The notes beneath the pieces were generated by a model. The model was not told where the DNA came from. It saw only the letters and a program-made list of their open reading frames with translations, and did not search any database. From Mobula birostris (lineage: Eukaryota): a stretch of DNA of 64,000 bases. How positions within the stretch are numbered: position 1 is the first letter of the stretch; every line of letters begins with the position of its first letter. The stretch lies in the NCBI RefSeq assembly GCF_030028105.1, contig NC_092376.1:109986230-110050229 (forward strand), written 5' to 3'. This document shows positions 13,267-25,748 of the stretch, piece by piece. Made by a program: the position numbers and the translations under genes.

Positions 13267-15869
13267 CTTTGAGCACCTACGATCCTCCAACATTTTGCCC
13301 AGGCAGCCATTAACTATTAAGTCCAGACTGTGTACCTACTGACTAAACCACTAACAATAACATTATAATTTAACTCTGGTTCAAAATACTTGAGGCCCCA
13401 ATGCTTATAGTTCCTCTAAAGACACTGCACGGCGACAAGGACCGGGACAAAAATATTTACCTGGCTGAACAGCAGCCGATCTGAGATCAGCTCGCTGACC
13501 ACATGTTATCAAAGTCCGACAGGGTCTCGCAGTCACAATAAAAATGTCCAAGATAATCACTCACACCTTTTCCCAGACAGCACACCATCCAACAGTTCAC
13601 AACAAGTCCAGACAACAGCACAACAACGATACACAATATCCAACAGCTCCAGTGCTGTTGAGCAACTTGCTGATGGGGTAGTCCTGCAGTACTTAACGTT
13701 CTAGTATCCAGGAGTGAATTGGGATTTTAGAAAGATGAACAGTATGAAGAGATACACCTCTGGTTGTATTGGGCCCAGAGTGGCCATTGCGTCAGAGCAC
13801 TCCACCACCTTACTGGAGAGGTCACTCAAACTCCATACCCAAGGAGAAGAGAATTCATCAATGGTCCCTGCAGCCCAAAGGAACAGGCAGAACAGGAATG
13901 AGTATTTGTTACTTTAGCAGCATTCCTCAGAGGGCAAGCAACAGAGACGATATGTATCATAACAGAGACCTCTCTGGAAATTGTCTTCCAGGAAGACCTG
14001 GCTGTTGTTATGGAGGATTTTCACAATCCACTGAACAATGGTTGTACATGTATTCAGCACTGTTCTTCACTAGTCTGTCCAGATTCCCCTAGTCTCTAAG
14101 AGCTCCCTACCTCCCAGCTCCTACCAATATCTATTCACGCAGGAGCTGGAAAAGTGTGGTTCACGTAGTTGTACCTCCCTTGAGGAACAGGCTGCAAAGA
14201 ATGAATCTGAGAGCCTAAAAGACAGCAGCTATGAGAATACACAACACAACAGTCAGGAACAGCAAACAGAAATTCACTTTCTGAATAGCCTTACACTATT
14301 AAACCCAACAGCATTGTTCAGTAAAATATTCCTGAGCATTTCACTCCTTATGGAATGTTCAGTTATTTTACAGCATTATTTTAAGCCCATTAAAGGGAGG
14401 AAATACAATTTCTAGCCCTTCTGTTTCAAAACCATTTTATCTTGTTATTTACATTATAAATATCCCTTATGTTAAATTGTGCCAAGCTGGGGCTATTAAA
14501 TCTCTGAAGGCTATTGGTGCAGGAAACGTGCACATGCATCTCACTAAAATATGTCAGCTGCTATAGTGAAGGGCGAAGAACAGATACAAAAGAAACCACT
14601 TAAAGCAGGTGGTAGGTGCTTTGGATTTGTATGTTAACTAACTCCCCCAACCCCTGTGATATGACCTGACCACTTAGTCACATTGCCTCATACCACAATC
14701 TATCTACCTACCAACATGTTCCAAGCCCAAAGTCCAATATGTCCCAAATCTCTCAATTTACAACAGTGCTCTAGTATTTAACAATCCATTTGTGTGGTGG
14801 TTCAGGATGTTTCCAAGAATATTTTTCCTTCCCAGTTTCCTGATAAAATGAGGTTAAACTGGATTGAATTCTTTGGAGAATTAGCATCAAAACTAATGCT
14901 TTTCCATTATAGGCTATCATGAGAGACCTACTGAACTAATTCTTCCTCACTTTGTCTCCCTCTCACTTAACTTCCCAGATCACCTCTATGGTGTTTAAAG
15001 AAAGGTAACATTCACCTTCTGCTATTTTGCCCACTAGTCCTGTGTTCAAGTGGCCCCAAGTGTTCTTGTTACCTCTCTCTTTGACAAATACTTCATTTAC
15101 TTATCTTCCCTGTCCCTTTCTCCCCGCAATGGCTGAGATTTACCAATCTCATCCCTGTTGTAGTGGATTACAAAATTGTGGAACTAAAATTTTTCAACCT
15201 GTCATATGCTTGTGATTAAAGCAATTATAAATCCTGATCCATTCGGAAGATATGAAGGGCAGCAAGAATTTGGCTCCAACGACATTTTCAGATGCCAAAG
15301 TGATTTTCAGAATCTGCCCATAACTTCTTTTACAATGTTGAGATCATGCTAGAAAATTGTTTGCTTTTAATTCATGTCGTCAGATCTGAAAAACTGCACT
15401 GTAATACATGTATGTGAGGATGCTTTTGAGAGTCTGTAGAGTGGAACACACATATGAATTCTGCTTTTTTAAAAAAATAATTCCATTCTCAGCCAGCAAT
15501 TGAACATTCGGAGGAGACACAACAAATGTTTCTTCCACTCACTGCCAATCTGCCCTTTGGCAGATTGAAGCCCAGCCTCAGGCAAACAGGCTCATTAATC
15601 TATGCTCTATATAGAGGGTTAATCTATTCGGTCATAACTTTAATCCTGTTAGTGAGGAAAAATGCATCAGAAATGCAGAAGGCAGTTGATCTGGTGTCAT
15701 TAGTATGCCATGGGAGCTACTTTCTGAGCCAGACCTTCATTAACAAACGAACTCCTGCTGTCCTGCCCTTACAGTATTTTCAGTAAGTTGGGAACTCCTG
15801 AATATGTCAGATGATTGAAATGCATCTGCACATTATATATCCTCAAGCTGGGTAGGTTTCTGAAGTTCA

Positions 15870-16270
15870 AGCACAAGAGCACAAGGAAAAAGGAGCAGGG
15901 CTAAGAAAACTGAACCCTCAAGCCTCACCATTCAATATGATCATGGCTGATCTACCCCAGGCCTCAACTCGTCCACTCTGCCTTCAATCTCCTGATCTTT
16001 CAAAAACTTATCTAACACCACTTTAATTCTTTTAATGCTCCAGCCTCCACGTCTCCATGGGCAGAAATCCCACTCCCTGTGAGAAAAGATTTCTATATGT
16101 CTCAGTTTTAAATGACTGCTCCCTTATCTTGAAATTATGTCTCCTTACACAAGACTCTCCCACTAGTGGAAACATCTGTCGTACCCCCTTAGGACCTTTT
16201 CTGTTTCAGTGAGATCATGTCTCAGTCTCTGAACTTTAAGGAACACAGACCAACCTGTTTAGTTTCTATT
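15870..16270 (-). mobile_element. CR1 3' end, decayed
   Basis: Resembles the minus-strand CR1 3' end at 20991 (ccattcaatatgatcatggctgatc; tcccactagtggaaacatc). Confidence 0.6.
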
Positions 16271-16434
16271 GTCATTATGGTATTCCTGTGGAAGACATCC
16301 CTAAATAACAAATAACTCCAGTCAATGAGGAAGTGCAATAAACACAGGCCTGCCAGGAATGCCTAGATCCTGAAAAATGAATCAATAAAAAAAATACTGC
16401 TCTTGATTGATAAACCCAGGTAGAGGGTTGAACG

Positions 16435-16572
16435 GAGACAAGAGAATGCAGATGCTGGAATCCGGAGTAGTAAACAATCTTCTGTGGTGATCTCAACATA
16501 CTAAGCAACATCTGTGGGAAGAAAGGAGCTACCAACATTTTGTGTTAAGAACCTGCATCAGGACTGAGAGTG
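16435..16572 (-). mobile_element. Penelope-derived half element, divergent subfamily
   Basis: gcagatgctggaatc ... catcaggactg, i.e. the reverse complement of agtcCTGATG. Confidence 0.55.
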
Positions 16573-16689
16573 TACAGAGCAGAAAGAGGAGGAAAACTTC
16601 TTTGGAGTTTTAGATAGATTGAAAGAATGTATTGGAGGCAACCAAATATATTTAACTACTGTATTATATTATAAACATCTCAGAGTGGT

Positions 16690-17330
16690 AAGGTGAGGCC
16701 GGAGGATTCCTTCCAAACCACCTTTTACAATGGTCTAGAGCCAAGTAGCCCTACTGAAATCCAAAGGGGGCAATGGATGACAATAATCAGAATGACTGTT
16801 CCTGCTTTTGCAAACAAGACATAATTGAACCATCTCCCTATTGTTGTCCAGTGCTGTATCTGTACTGATACAACTTGGCTAAAGGCACAGCTGATGTTGG
16901 AGCAAAGCTTGCCTCGTCCCATAACCTTTGCTATAAACACTGCTTTCAGTTGTTTCTTAATATGGTGTGGACTGAATTCAATTGGCTGAAGGCAGACTTC
17001 TATGATTGTGGGGATCTCAGGAGGAAGCCCAAATGATTCATTCACTTGGCACCTCAGGCTGAGTGTAAGTTGATAGTGCTTCAGCCTTGTATTGCTGAAA
17101 TGCTGGGTCCCATCGCCATTGAGGAGGAGGGATCAAATCCTCCTATTAGCAGTTTAAATTTCCATCACTATTCATTGACTACATGCAACAAGAGAATAAA
17201 ACATTGCAGTGGGATCCTATAGCACTGTCTGCTCGATGGTCCTTCTGCCCATAGTCCTGTATCGCAGCTTTACTAAGCTGCATCTCCTATTTAGCTAAGC
17301 CTGGTGCTACTCGCAGCGTGCCTTTCTGCA
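16690..17330 (-). mobile_element. Old CR1/L2-group LINE fragment
   Basis: Minus ORF 16725-17045 has LQPIEFSPHHIKKQLKA..KVMG, resembling the pre-RT region; heavily decayed. Confidence 0.45.
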
Positions 17331-17333
17331 TTA

Positions 17334-18598
17334 TAGAACCTAGAATAGTACAGGACAGGAGCAGGCCCCTTGACCCACAAAGTTGTACCAGCTAAAAAAG
17401 TAAATCAAAAACACCCAAGCACTAATCCCTCCTACACAATGGTCCATATCCCTCCATGTTCCACACAAAAGCCTCTAATATAGATGCCTCTACCACCATA
17501 CCAAGCAGTGCATTCCAGACCTCCACGACTCTTTATGAGTAAAAACCTTACCCCTCACATCCCCTTTGAACCTATCCCCTCTCACCTTCAATGAACTCTG
17601 GTATTAGACATTTCTACCTTGAGTAAAAGATGCTTCCTGTCTGTTCTATCTATGCCTCTCATAACCATACAATTCTCTATCAGATCTCCCTTCAGCCTCC
17701 GCTGCTCCAAAGCAAACAACCCAAGTTGGTCCAGCCTGTCATGATAGCACATGCCCTCTAAACCAGGCAGCATCCTGGTAAACCTCTTTTGCATTCTCTC
17801 CAAGGTCTCAGCATCCTTTCAGATGGTTGGGCAACAGAATTGTATGCTATACTCCAGATGTAGCTTAACCAGAGTTTTATAAAGTTGTAACATAACCATT
17901 TGACTTTTGAACTCAATGCCTCGACTAATAAAAGCAAGCATTCCACAAGCCTTCTTAACCACCTTATTGACCTGTGTAGCCGCTTTCATGGATCTGTGAA
18001 CATGGACCCCAAGATCTCTCTGCTCAGCAATACCGTTAAAGTTCTTGCCCTTAACAGTGTACTGTCTCCTAGCGCTTACCCTACCAAAGTGCAACACCTC
18101 ACATTTATCTGGGTTAAACTTCATCTGCCCATATCTGCAACTGCTCTACGTTGTACTGTATTCTTTATCAGTCTTCTACACTATCCACAACTCTGCTAAT
18201 CTTAGTATCATCCACAAACACTAACCCGCCCATCTACATTTTCATCCAGGCCATTTATATACTTTATAAACAGCAGAGGTCCCAACACAGATCCCTGTGG
18301 AACACCACTAATCACAGACCTCCAGCTCCAATAACTCCTTTCAACCATTACCCTCTGTCTTCTATGTGCAAACCAGTTCTGAATCCGAACAGCCAAATTG
18401 CCACAGACACCATGCATCTTAGTCTTCTCAATTAACCTCCCATGAAGGACTTTGTTAAATACCTTACTAAAATTCAAGTAGAAAACATCCACTGCACTAC
18501 CTTCATCAATCTCTCTCATCACCTTGTCAGAAAACTCAGTTAAGTTGGCAAGACTTGGCCTGCTCTGCACAAAGTCAAGCTGACTCTCTCTAATTAGG
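17334..18598 (-). mobile_element. CR1 LINE, RT C-terminal half plus 3' UTR
   Basis: NLTEF..EIDEGSAVDVFYLNFSKVF, SGVPQGSVLGPLLF, FNPDKCEVLHFGR, ERMQKRFTRMLPGLE in successive ORFs with frameshifts. Confidence 0.93.
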
Positions 18599-19451
18599 AG
18601 AGAACCAGGTGCCTTAAAGGGACAGCCCACAATGGGTGTTGAAAGGGTTGGAACACTTCGGTAATGAGGCAAGTCTAGGAAGGCTAGACTTGTTTTTCCT
18701 GGAGCTGAAGAGGTGAAGAGAGGGCATGATTAGGGTACATAAGGTTATGGGGTATAGACAGGGTAAATTGCAGCAAACTATTCCCATAACAAAGGCAGAT
18801 TAAAAGAGACATGTAATTAGTACAAGGAGTAAGAAATTTAGAGCAGAGCGATTGTGTGCTGTTCCAGTCACTGCATTACAAAATAGATATGGATGCCTTG
18901 GAGAAGGTGAAAAAGAGATTCACCAAGATATTACCTGTATTACTGAGTATTAGCTTTAAGGAGAAGCTAGACCCAAACATAACGTATAATAAACTACATG
19001 CAGAAATTGCTAATATATTGTTCATTGGATAGTTTTATTTTCTAATACACTTGCTGCTGATGCAAATCATTCAATTTGTATGGAAGGTGGAAATGGGTAA
19101 TTTAAGTGCTCTTTAAATTATTCAGTCAAATTTGGTACATGGAGCTAAATCCCTGGATATTCCCCTAAAATTTATATTAAGCATTCCCAATTCCTGCTAG
19201 CCTTTCTTCACGGCTGACAGCCTAATCTCAAAGATTCCCAGGACAGTCCTCAGTATTGAATTAACTGATTTCATCTTTTTAAATGCCAAATGGATGCACA
19301 GCATTTTTATAAAGGAACTGCACTTGCAGATGATATTCCCACTCATTAATTCCAATCCCACCCAGGTTTGTTGCTTATAGATTGGATTGATACCTTTACT
19401 AATGGAAAAGTAAATGCTGTGAAATACTGAAGTAAATGCTTTGAAATGAAA

Positions 19452-19910
19452 TCAGGAATGAAAGAGTTACCGTATGAGGAACGTTTGGCTGTATTCCCTG
19501 GAATTCAGGAGAATGAGGGGGGATCTCATAGAAACATTCCAAATGTTAAAAGGCCTGAGCAGATTAAATATGCAAAGTTATTTCCCATGGTAGGGGAGTC
19601 TAGGACAAGAGGGCACGACTTCAGGATTGAAGGACGTCCATTTAGAACAGAAATGCGGAGAAATTACTTTAGTCGGAGGGTGGTAAATCTGTGGAATTTG
19701 TTGCCACGAGTGGCTGTGGAGGCTAAGTGATTGGGTGCATTTAAAACAGAGATACTTAGGTTCTTGATTAGCCAGGGCATCAAAGGGTATGGGGAGAAGG
19801 CAGGGGAGTGGGAATGAATGAAAGAATTGGATCAGCCCATGATTGAATGGCGGAGCAGACTGAATGGGCCGAATGGCCTACTTCTGGTCCTATACCTTAT
19901 GGCCTTATGG
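19452..19910 (+). mobile_element. CR1 3' end
   Basis: LFPMVGESRTRGHDFRIEG..RVVNLWN; (ccttatgg)-type tail. Confidence 0.9.
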
Positions 19911-20990
19911 AAATAAATGGCATTTTTGATTATAAGTAGGAAGGGCTTTAATGGGAGAACAGCCTTATCTATAGGCAACTGGAAGGGCCATGCAGTAAAA
20001 TGAAAGGGAATCGAGGATGCAAGAGAGGGCAGCAGTAGAAATAGGAGGGAAATCTACAAACAATATATACTCCTCAAAGACACAGACACACAGTAGAAAA
20101 TATGGTGCAAGTATCGCTAAGAAAATAAGTTATATATTCTATGAGATTAAGGGAAAGTGCTGATAATGATGTGAAAGAGATCAATAAACATGAGTAATGG
20201 GAAAATTTCAGGATTCAGCAAAAGAGAAATGAAAAATTGATAATGAAGGGCAAAGAAGAATATAAGATTAATCTCATAGGGGTCATAAAATATATGTGGG
20301 TCCCATGAAGACCGAAACAGGAGAAATTGTAATTGCAATGAATTTAATCAAATATTCACTGCTGTCTCCTTGGAAGACTTAATAGAGTAAATTGTCTTAG
20401 GTGTAGTGGGGAACAACAAATGGTTGAGGTTGAAGAGTAATGTGGGTTCCTGGTGCCATCCAGCACTTTTAAAAAACACTACCAGAGGACTTCAACAGAA
20501 TAACTGCTTTGGGCAAAATTAGATTAATACTTAACAGAATGCCCAGTTTGGAACCAGATTATTCCTTCCGTGATGAGGCCCTGCTTCTCAATGGGGCCAC
20601 TTGGGCTACGAACTGTAAAACAATCCATACTCTTTTTCTTCCACAGCAGCTGTGCAAGATGTTCAATTTGTAAAGTTGGTTAACAGCTTTAATGAAGTGG
20701 CAGTGGTCCGGAGAGGAAGGTACCCATTTTACCTGGGAGTAAAAGAAGCTGAGGAGAAATCCCACCTCTTTAACTTGATGGAGTACGGAGAAGATTAAAC
20801 ATTAGGGATCAGGTGAAGGGCAGGAGAGAAATGTCATTGTGAAGTGGAGAAGAAGAAAGCAACCTGAGAATGCTGACAACTGTCTCTGAATTGAGGCTGG
20901 GACATGTAAACTGTATTTGCCCTGAGTCAAAGGAGTAACTACAAGTGAACAAGTGTGCAAGTAACTTTTGGGGAAATTATTTTGATAGTT

Positions 20991-21318
20991 TAGACCATAA
21001 CATATAGGAGCAGAATTAGGCCATTTGGCCCATTGAGCCTGTTCCACCATTTCATCATGGCTGATCCATTCTTCCTCTCAGCCCCAGTCTCCTGTCTTCC
21101 CCCTGTATCCCTTCATGCCCTGTCCAATCAAGAATCTATTAGCCTCTGCTTTAAATATACTCAATAACCTGGCCTTCACAACCGCCTGTGGCAACGAATT
21201 CCACAGGTTAACCACTCTCTGGCTAAAAACATTCCTCCTCATCCTCATTCTAAAAAGATGCTCCTCTGTCCTGAGGCGGTGTCCTCTGGTCTTAGACGCC
21301 CCCGCCAAAGGAAACAAT
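20991..21318 (-). mobile_element. CR1 3' end
   Basis: Minus ORF FPLAGASKTRGHRLR..FSQRVVNLWNSLPQ. Confidence 0.9.
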
Positions 21319-21466
21319 ATAGTAGATATATTGAAATTACAAATGCAAGGATCTATGTAAAAGTACTTGAGAGGAACTGGAACGCACCTTCATCAATGTA
21401 ACAACCCCAAGGGATAGATTTTCTCAAAGCTATAGAAACATATTTTTGTAATCAATATTTTAGTTT

Positions 21467-23562
21467 CTTATCAGTACTTGGAGCTATGATGTGGTGACCA
21501 TTACAGAGACTTGGATGGCTCAGGGACAGGAATGGTTACTTCAAGAGCCGGGTTTTAGATGTTTCAGGAAGGACAGGGAGGGAGGCAAAAGAGGTGGGGA
21601 TGTGGCACTGTTGATCAGATATAGTGTCGCGGCTGTAGAAAAGGTGGACATCATGGAGGAATTGTCTACTGAGTCGCTGTGGGTGGAGGTTAGGAATAAG
21701 AAGCGGGTCAATAACTCTACTGGGTGTTTTTTATAGGCCACCAAATAGTAATAGGGATATCGAGTAGCAGATAGGGAAACAGATACTGGAAAGGTGTAAT
21801 AATAGCAGAGTTGTCATGTTGGGAGATTTTAATTTCCCAAATATTGACTGGCATCTCCCTAGAACAAGGGGTTTAGATGGGATAGTTTGTTAGGTGTGTT
21901 CAAGAAGGTTTCTTGACACAATATGTAGATAAGCCTACAAGAGGAGAGACTGTACTTGATTTGGTATTGGGAAATGAACCTGGTCAGGTGTCAGATCTCT
22001 CAGTGGGAGAGCATTTTGGAGATAGTGATCATAATTCTATCTCCTTTACAATAGCATTGGAGAGAGATAGGAACAGACAAGTTAGAACAGCGTTTAATTG
22101 GAGTAAGGGGAATTACGAGGCTATCAGGCAGGAACTTAGAAGCTTAAACTGAGAACAGATGTTCTCAGGGAAAGGTACAGAAGAAATGTGGCAAATGTTC
22201 AGGGGATATTTGTGTGGAGTTCTGCACAGGTACATTCCAATTAGATAGGGAAGTTATGGTAGGGTACCGGAACCGCGGTGTACAAAGGTTGTTGTAAATC
22301 TAGACAAGAAGAAAAGAAAAACTTACGAAAGGTTCAGAGAACTAGGTATTGTTAGAGATCTAGAAGATTATAAGGCTAACAGGAAGGAGCTTAAGAAGGA
22401 AATTGGGAGAGCCAGAAGGGGCCTTGAGAAGGCCTTGGCTGGCAGGATTAAGGAAAACCCCAAGGCGTTCTACAAGTATGTGAAGAGCAAGAGGATAAGA
22501 CGTGAAAGAATAGGACCTATCAAGTGTGACAGTGAGAAAGTGTGTATGGAACTGGAGGAAATAGCAGGGGTACTTAATGAATACTTTACTTTAGAATTCA
22601 CTATGGAAAAGGATCTTGGTGATTGTAGTGATGACTTGCAGTGGACTGAAAAGCTTGAGCATGTAGATATTAAGAAAGAGGATGTGCTGGAGCTTTTGGA
22701 AAGCATCAAGTTGGATAAGTCACCGGGACTGGCTGAGATGTACCCCAGACTACTGTGGGAGGCAAGGAAGGAGATTGCTGAGCCTCTGGCGATGATCTTT
22801 GCATCATCATTGGGGACAGGAAAAGTTGTGGAGGATTGGAGGTTTGCGGATGTTGTTCCCTTATTCAAGAAAGGGAGTAGAGATAGCCCAGGAAATTATA
22901 GACCAGTGAGTCTTACTTCAGTGGTTGGTAAGTTGATGGAGAAAATCCTGAAAGGCAGGATTTATGAACATTTGGAGAGGTATAATATGATTAGGAATAG
23001 TCAGCATGTCTTTGTCAAGGGCAAGTCGTGCCTTACGAGCCTGATTGAATTTTTTGAGGATGTGACTAAACACATTGATGAAGGAAGAGCAGTAGATGTA
23101 GTGTATATGGATTTCAGCAAGGAGATTTACAAAGATGTTGCCTGGATTGGGGAGCATGCCTTATGTAAACAGGTTGAGTGAACTCTGCCTTTTCTCCTTG
23201 GAGCAATGGAAGATGAGAGGAGACCTGATAGAGGTGTATAAGATGATGAGAGGCATTGATCATGTGGATAATCAGAGGCTTTTTCCCAGGGCTGAAATGG
23301 CTGCCACAAGAGGGCACAGGTTTAAGGTGCTTGGGAGTAGGTACAGAGGAGACGTCAGGGGTAAGTTTTTTACGCAGAGAGTGGTGAGTGCGTGGAGTGG
23401 GCAGCTGGCAATGGTGGTGGAGGCGGATATGATAGGGACTTTTGGATAGGTACATGGAGCTTAGAAAAATGATGGCTGTGGGTAACCCTAGTAATTTCTA
23501 AGGTAGGGACAACTTTTTGGGCTGAAGGGTCTGTATTGCGCTGTAGGGTATCTATGTTTCTA
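21467..23562 (+). mobile_element. CR1 LINE ORF2, 5'-truncated, with internal deletion of the RT core
   Basis: APE endonuclease motifs (ITETW, GDFNFP, LDLVL, SDHN) and RT start (PGNYRPVSLTS, SCLTSLIEFFE, VYMDFSK), then a jump at about 23121 to RFTKMLPGL and the 3' UTR; stops and frameshifts. Confidence 0.95.
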
Positions 23563-23764
23563 TTAAGGTTTTTTTCTGGATTTGGATTATGTTTCCTCCA
23601 GTCAAGTGAAGGATCGTTGGCTAAACCTACAATTAAAGGTGCAAATATCTATCATGATTATATAAATGATCCTTATCAAGACTGTATATCAGTCTTCAGA
23701 TTCTGGGAGCACCATCAGCTTTCATTGACAGCATAATTAGGTTACACTAAAATATGGCCTTTTA

Positions 23765-23960
23765 TTGTTATTTTATTGTTATTTATTTGTATTTGCATTT
23801 GCACAGTTTGTTGTCTTCCACATTCTGGTTGATCTTTCATTGACCCTGTTATATTTACTAATCTGTAGATGAGCTGGGTATGCCCACAAGAAAATGAAAC
23901 TCAGGGTTGTATATGTTGACATATATATCTGATGATAGTAAAATTTACTTTGAACTTTGT
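23765..23960 (+). mobile_element. Rex1-like 3' UTR fragment
   Basis: caagaaaatgaaactcagggttgtata..tttgaacttt tail, shared with 34160-34225, 48926/51820 and 63335. Confidence 0.7.
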
Positions 23961-24232
23961 ACACCTTCCTCTCAGGAGAATATCCACTTGGGAAGGCAAT
24001 TAAAGTTACACCATTGGGGACCACTTACTACATTGATGTCGGACTAAGAAGCAATATTGTCTGAAAACATGACTAACATTATGTGCTCCAGTAAGCAAAG
24101 AAGGCAACCATGGTAGCAGGAGTTAAATGAATCATAATAAATCTCAAATCATGAATCACATGAATGCTGAATTAAAAATAAATCATCTTTGGGGTGTGAT
24201 GACTGTGAATGAAAAATGGCTACAATCTCTTT

Positions 24233-24540
24233 ACAAACACAAAAAAAATTCTGCAGATGCTGGAAATCCAAAGCAACACACACAAAATGCTGGAGGAACT
24301 CAGTAGATTAGGCAGCATCCATAAAAATGAATAAACAGTTGACATTTTGGGCCGAGACCCTTCTTCACGACTGAAAAGGAAAGGGAAGGTGCTAGAGTAA
24401 AAAGGTAGGGAGAGGGGAAGGAGGCTGGATGGAACGTGATTGGCAAAGCCAGAAGGGAGGAAAAGGTAATGTCAACTGTCTATTTATTTCCATAGATGCT
24501 GCCTGACCTGCTGATTTCCTCCATCATTTTGTGTGTGTGT
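24233..24540. mobile_element. Penelope-derived palindromic element inserted in the Gypsy relic
   Basis: Same arms as other copies, purine-rich spacer, exact 12-bp TSD tacaatctcttt at 24221-24232 and 24541-24552. Confidence 0.88.
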
Positions 24541-25644
24541 TACAATCTCTTTTGGACAGCAAAATGGGAAGACAGTGATATAATGGAAGTATTTAGAAAA
24601 CTTCTTAAAAAGCTGAACTTATTGTTTTCTGAAAAGCCTAAATGATGAAGACAGCAACATGTTCTTTGATGGGCAGGAGGGAATGGATAAGATCTTATCA
24701 GCATATGGGGAATATGTGAGGATAAAAGTAAAAATCCTGATGCATGGTTGAAATGCTTGATTGAATGATTGGATCTATGGACACAAATTTTAAATCCTGA
24801 GACAATTGCTGATGATTTATTTCCTGAACTTAGAAGCAAAACTGCTAAGATATACTGAGGGAAATGGATAAAGTGCAGTTCATATACTCCAATTCATATA
24901 TCCAAATATGAAGATTTCTTTAATCAGTGCGGTAGAGCCCACTGTGGTACAAAATATAGTTACAATCTCATCACAGGAGGCTGCAAGGAGGCAAACAGAT
25001 CTGATAAGAAACTCAAACATCCAACATTCAGTGCAATCATCAGAAAGAAAACAATGTAAACGCAGTCAGTTTGGCACGACTAGATAGGACTAGATGTTTC
25101 TGTGCTGCCATGCTCTATGATTATGACTAATAACAGAAGTAAAAGAATAAAAATAAACTGCGAAAAAGTCAGCCAAGCAAAATTAAATGACTACAAGCTC
25201 ACAACGAGAAGCATGTGCCTTGCATGTGGACTGTAGTGGTTTTGTAGCGAACTCAAACCTTCGGAAAGGATGTGCAAATTCAAAATAAAAATATACTGAG
25301 GAAATGTGGAGGAACAAGAGCAAAGAGATCAGTATGAAAGGTTCAAAAGTGTCACATCCATATTATGGAAAATGTAAAGTCCAAGCATGGACTAAAAATT
25401 GGAACCATACACCTGCACAAAGTGATTAGGTGTGGAAGTTATTAGAATTACATTCAACACCCCGCTTCCCCTCCACCCAGATCAGAAAAGGCAGAAGAAC
25501 CAAATCCACCATTGTAAACTTAATGCAAAAGTAGGACACCAAAACTTAAAGTAACATCATCTGGCTGATTTTACCAAAGATCTACCCTGAAAATCTGAAA
25601 AAAGATAATATGCTAAAGAATATCTCTTGAACTAAAACAACATT

Positions 25645-25748
25645 AGTCTAGACAAAGGATCTTGACCCATAACATGGGCTGTCTATTTTCCTCCATAGAA
25701 GTTGCCTGACCCACTGACTTCTTCCAGCAACTTGTTTTTTTTTTTGCA
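25645..25748 (+). mobile_element. Penelope-derived half element, decayed
   Basis: gacaaaggatcttgaccc..ccatagaagttgcctgacccactgacttcttccagca. Confidence 0.5.

Noticed and set aside
13640-14070. Possible Harbinger transposase relic (DGVVLQY)
   Set aside because: Only a few residues match; no TIRs or further motifs seen.
14074-14415. 113-codon stop-free frame with an acceptor-like cacgcag at 14142 (ELEKCGSRS...)
   Set aside because: No recognisable homology, and several frames of this length are expected by chance in 64 kb.
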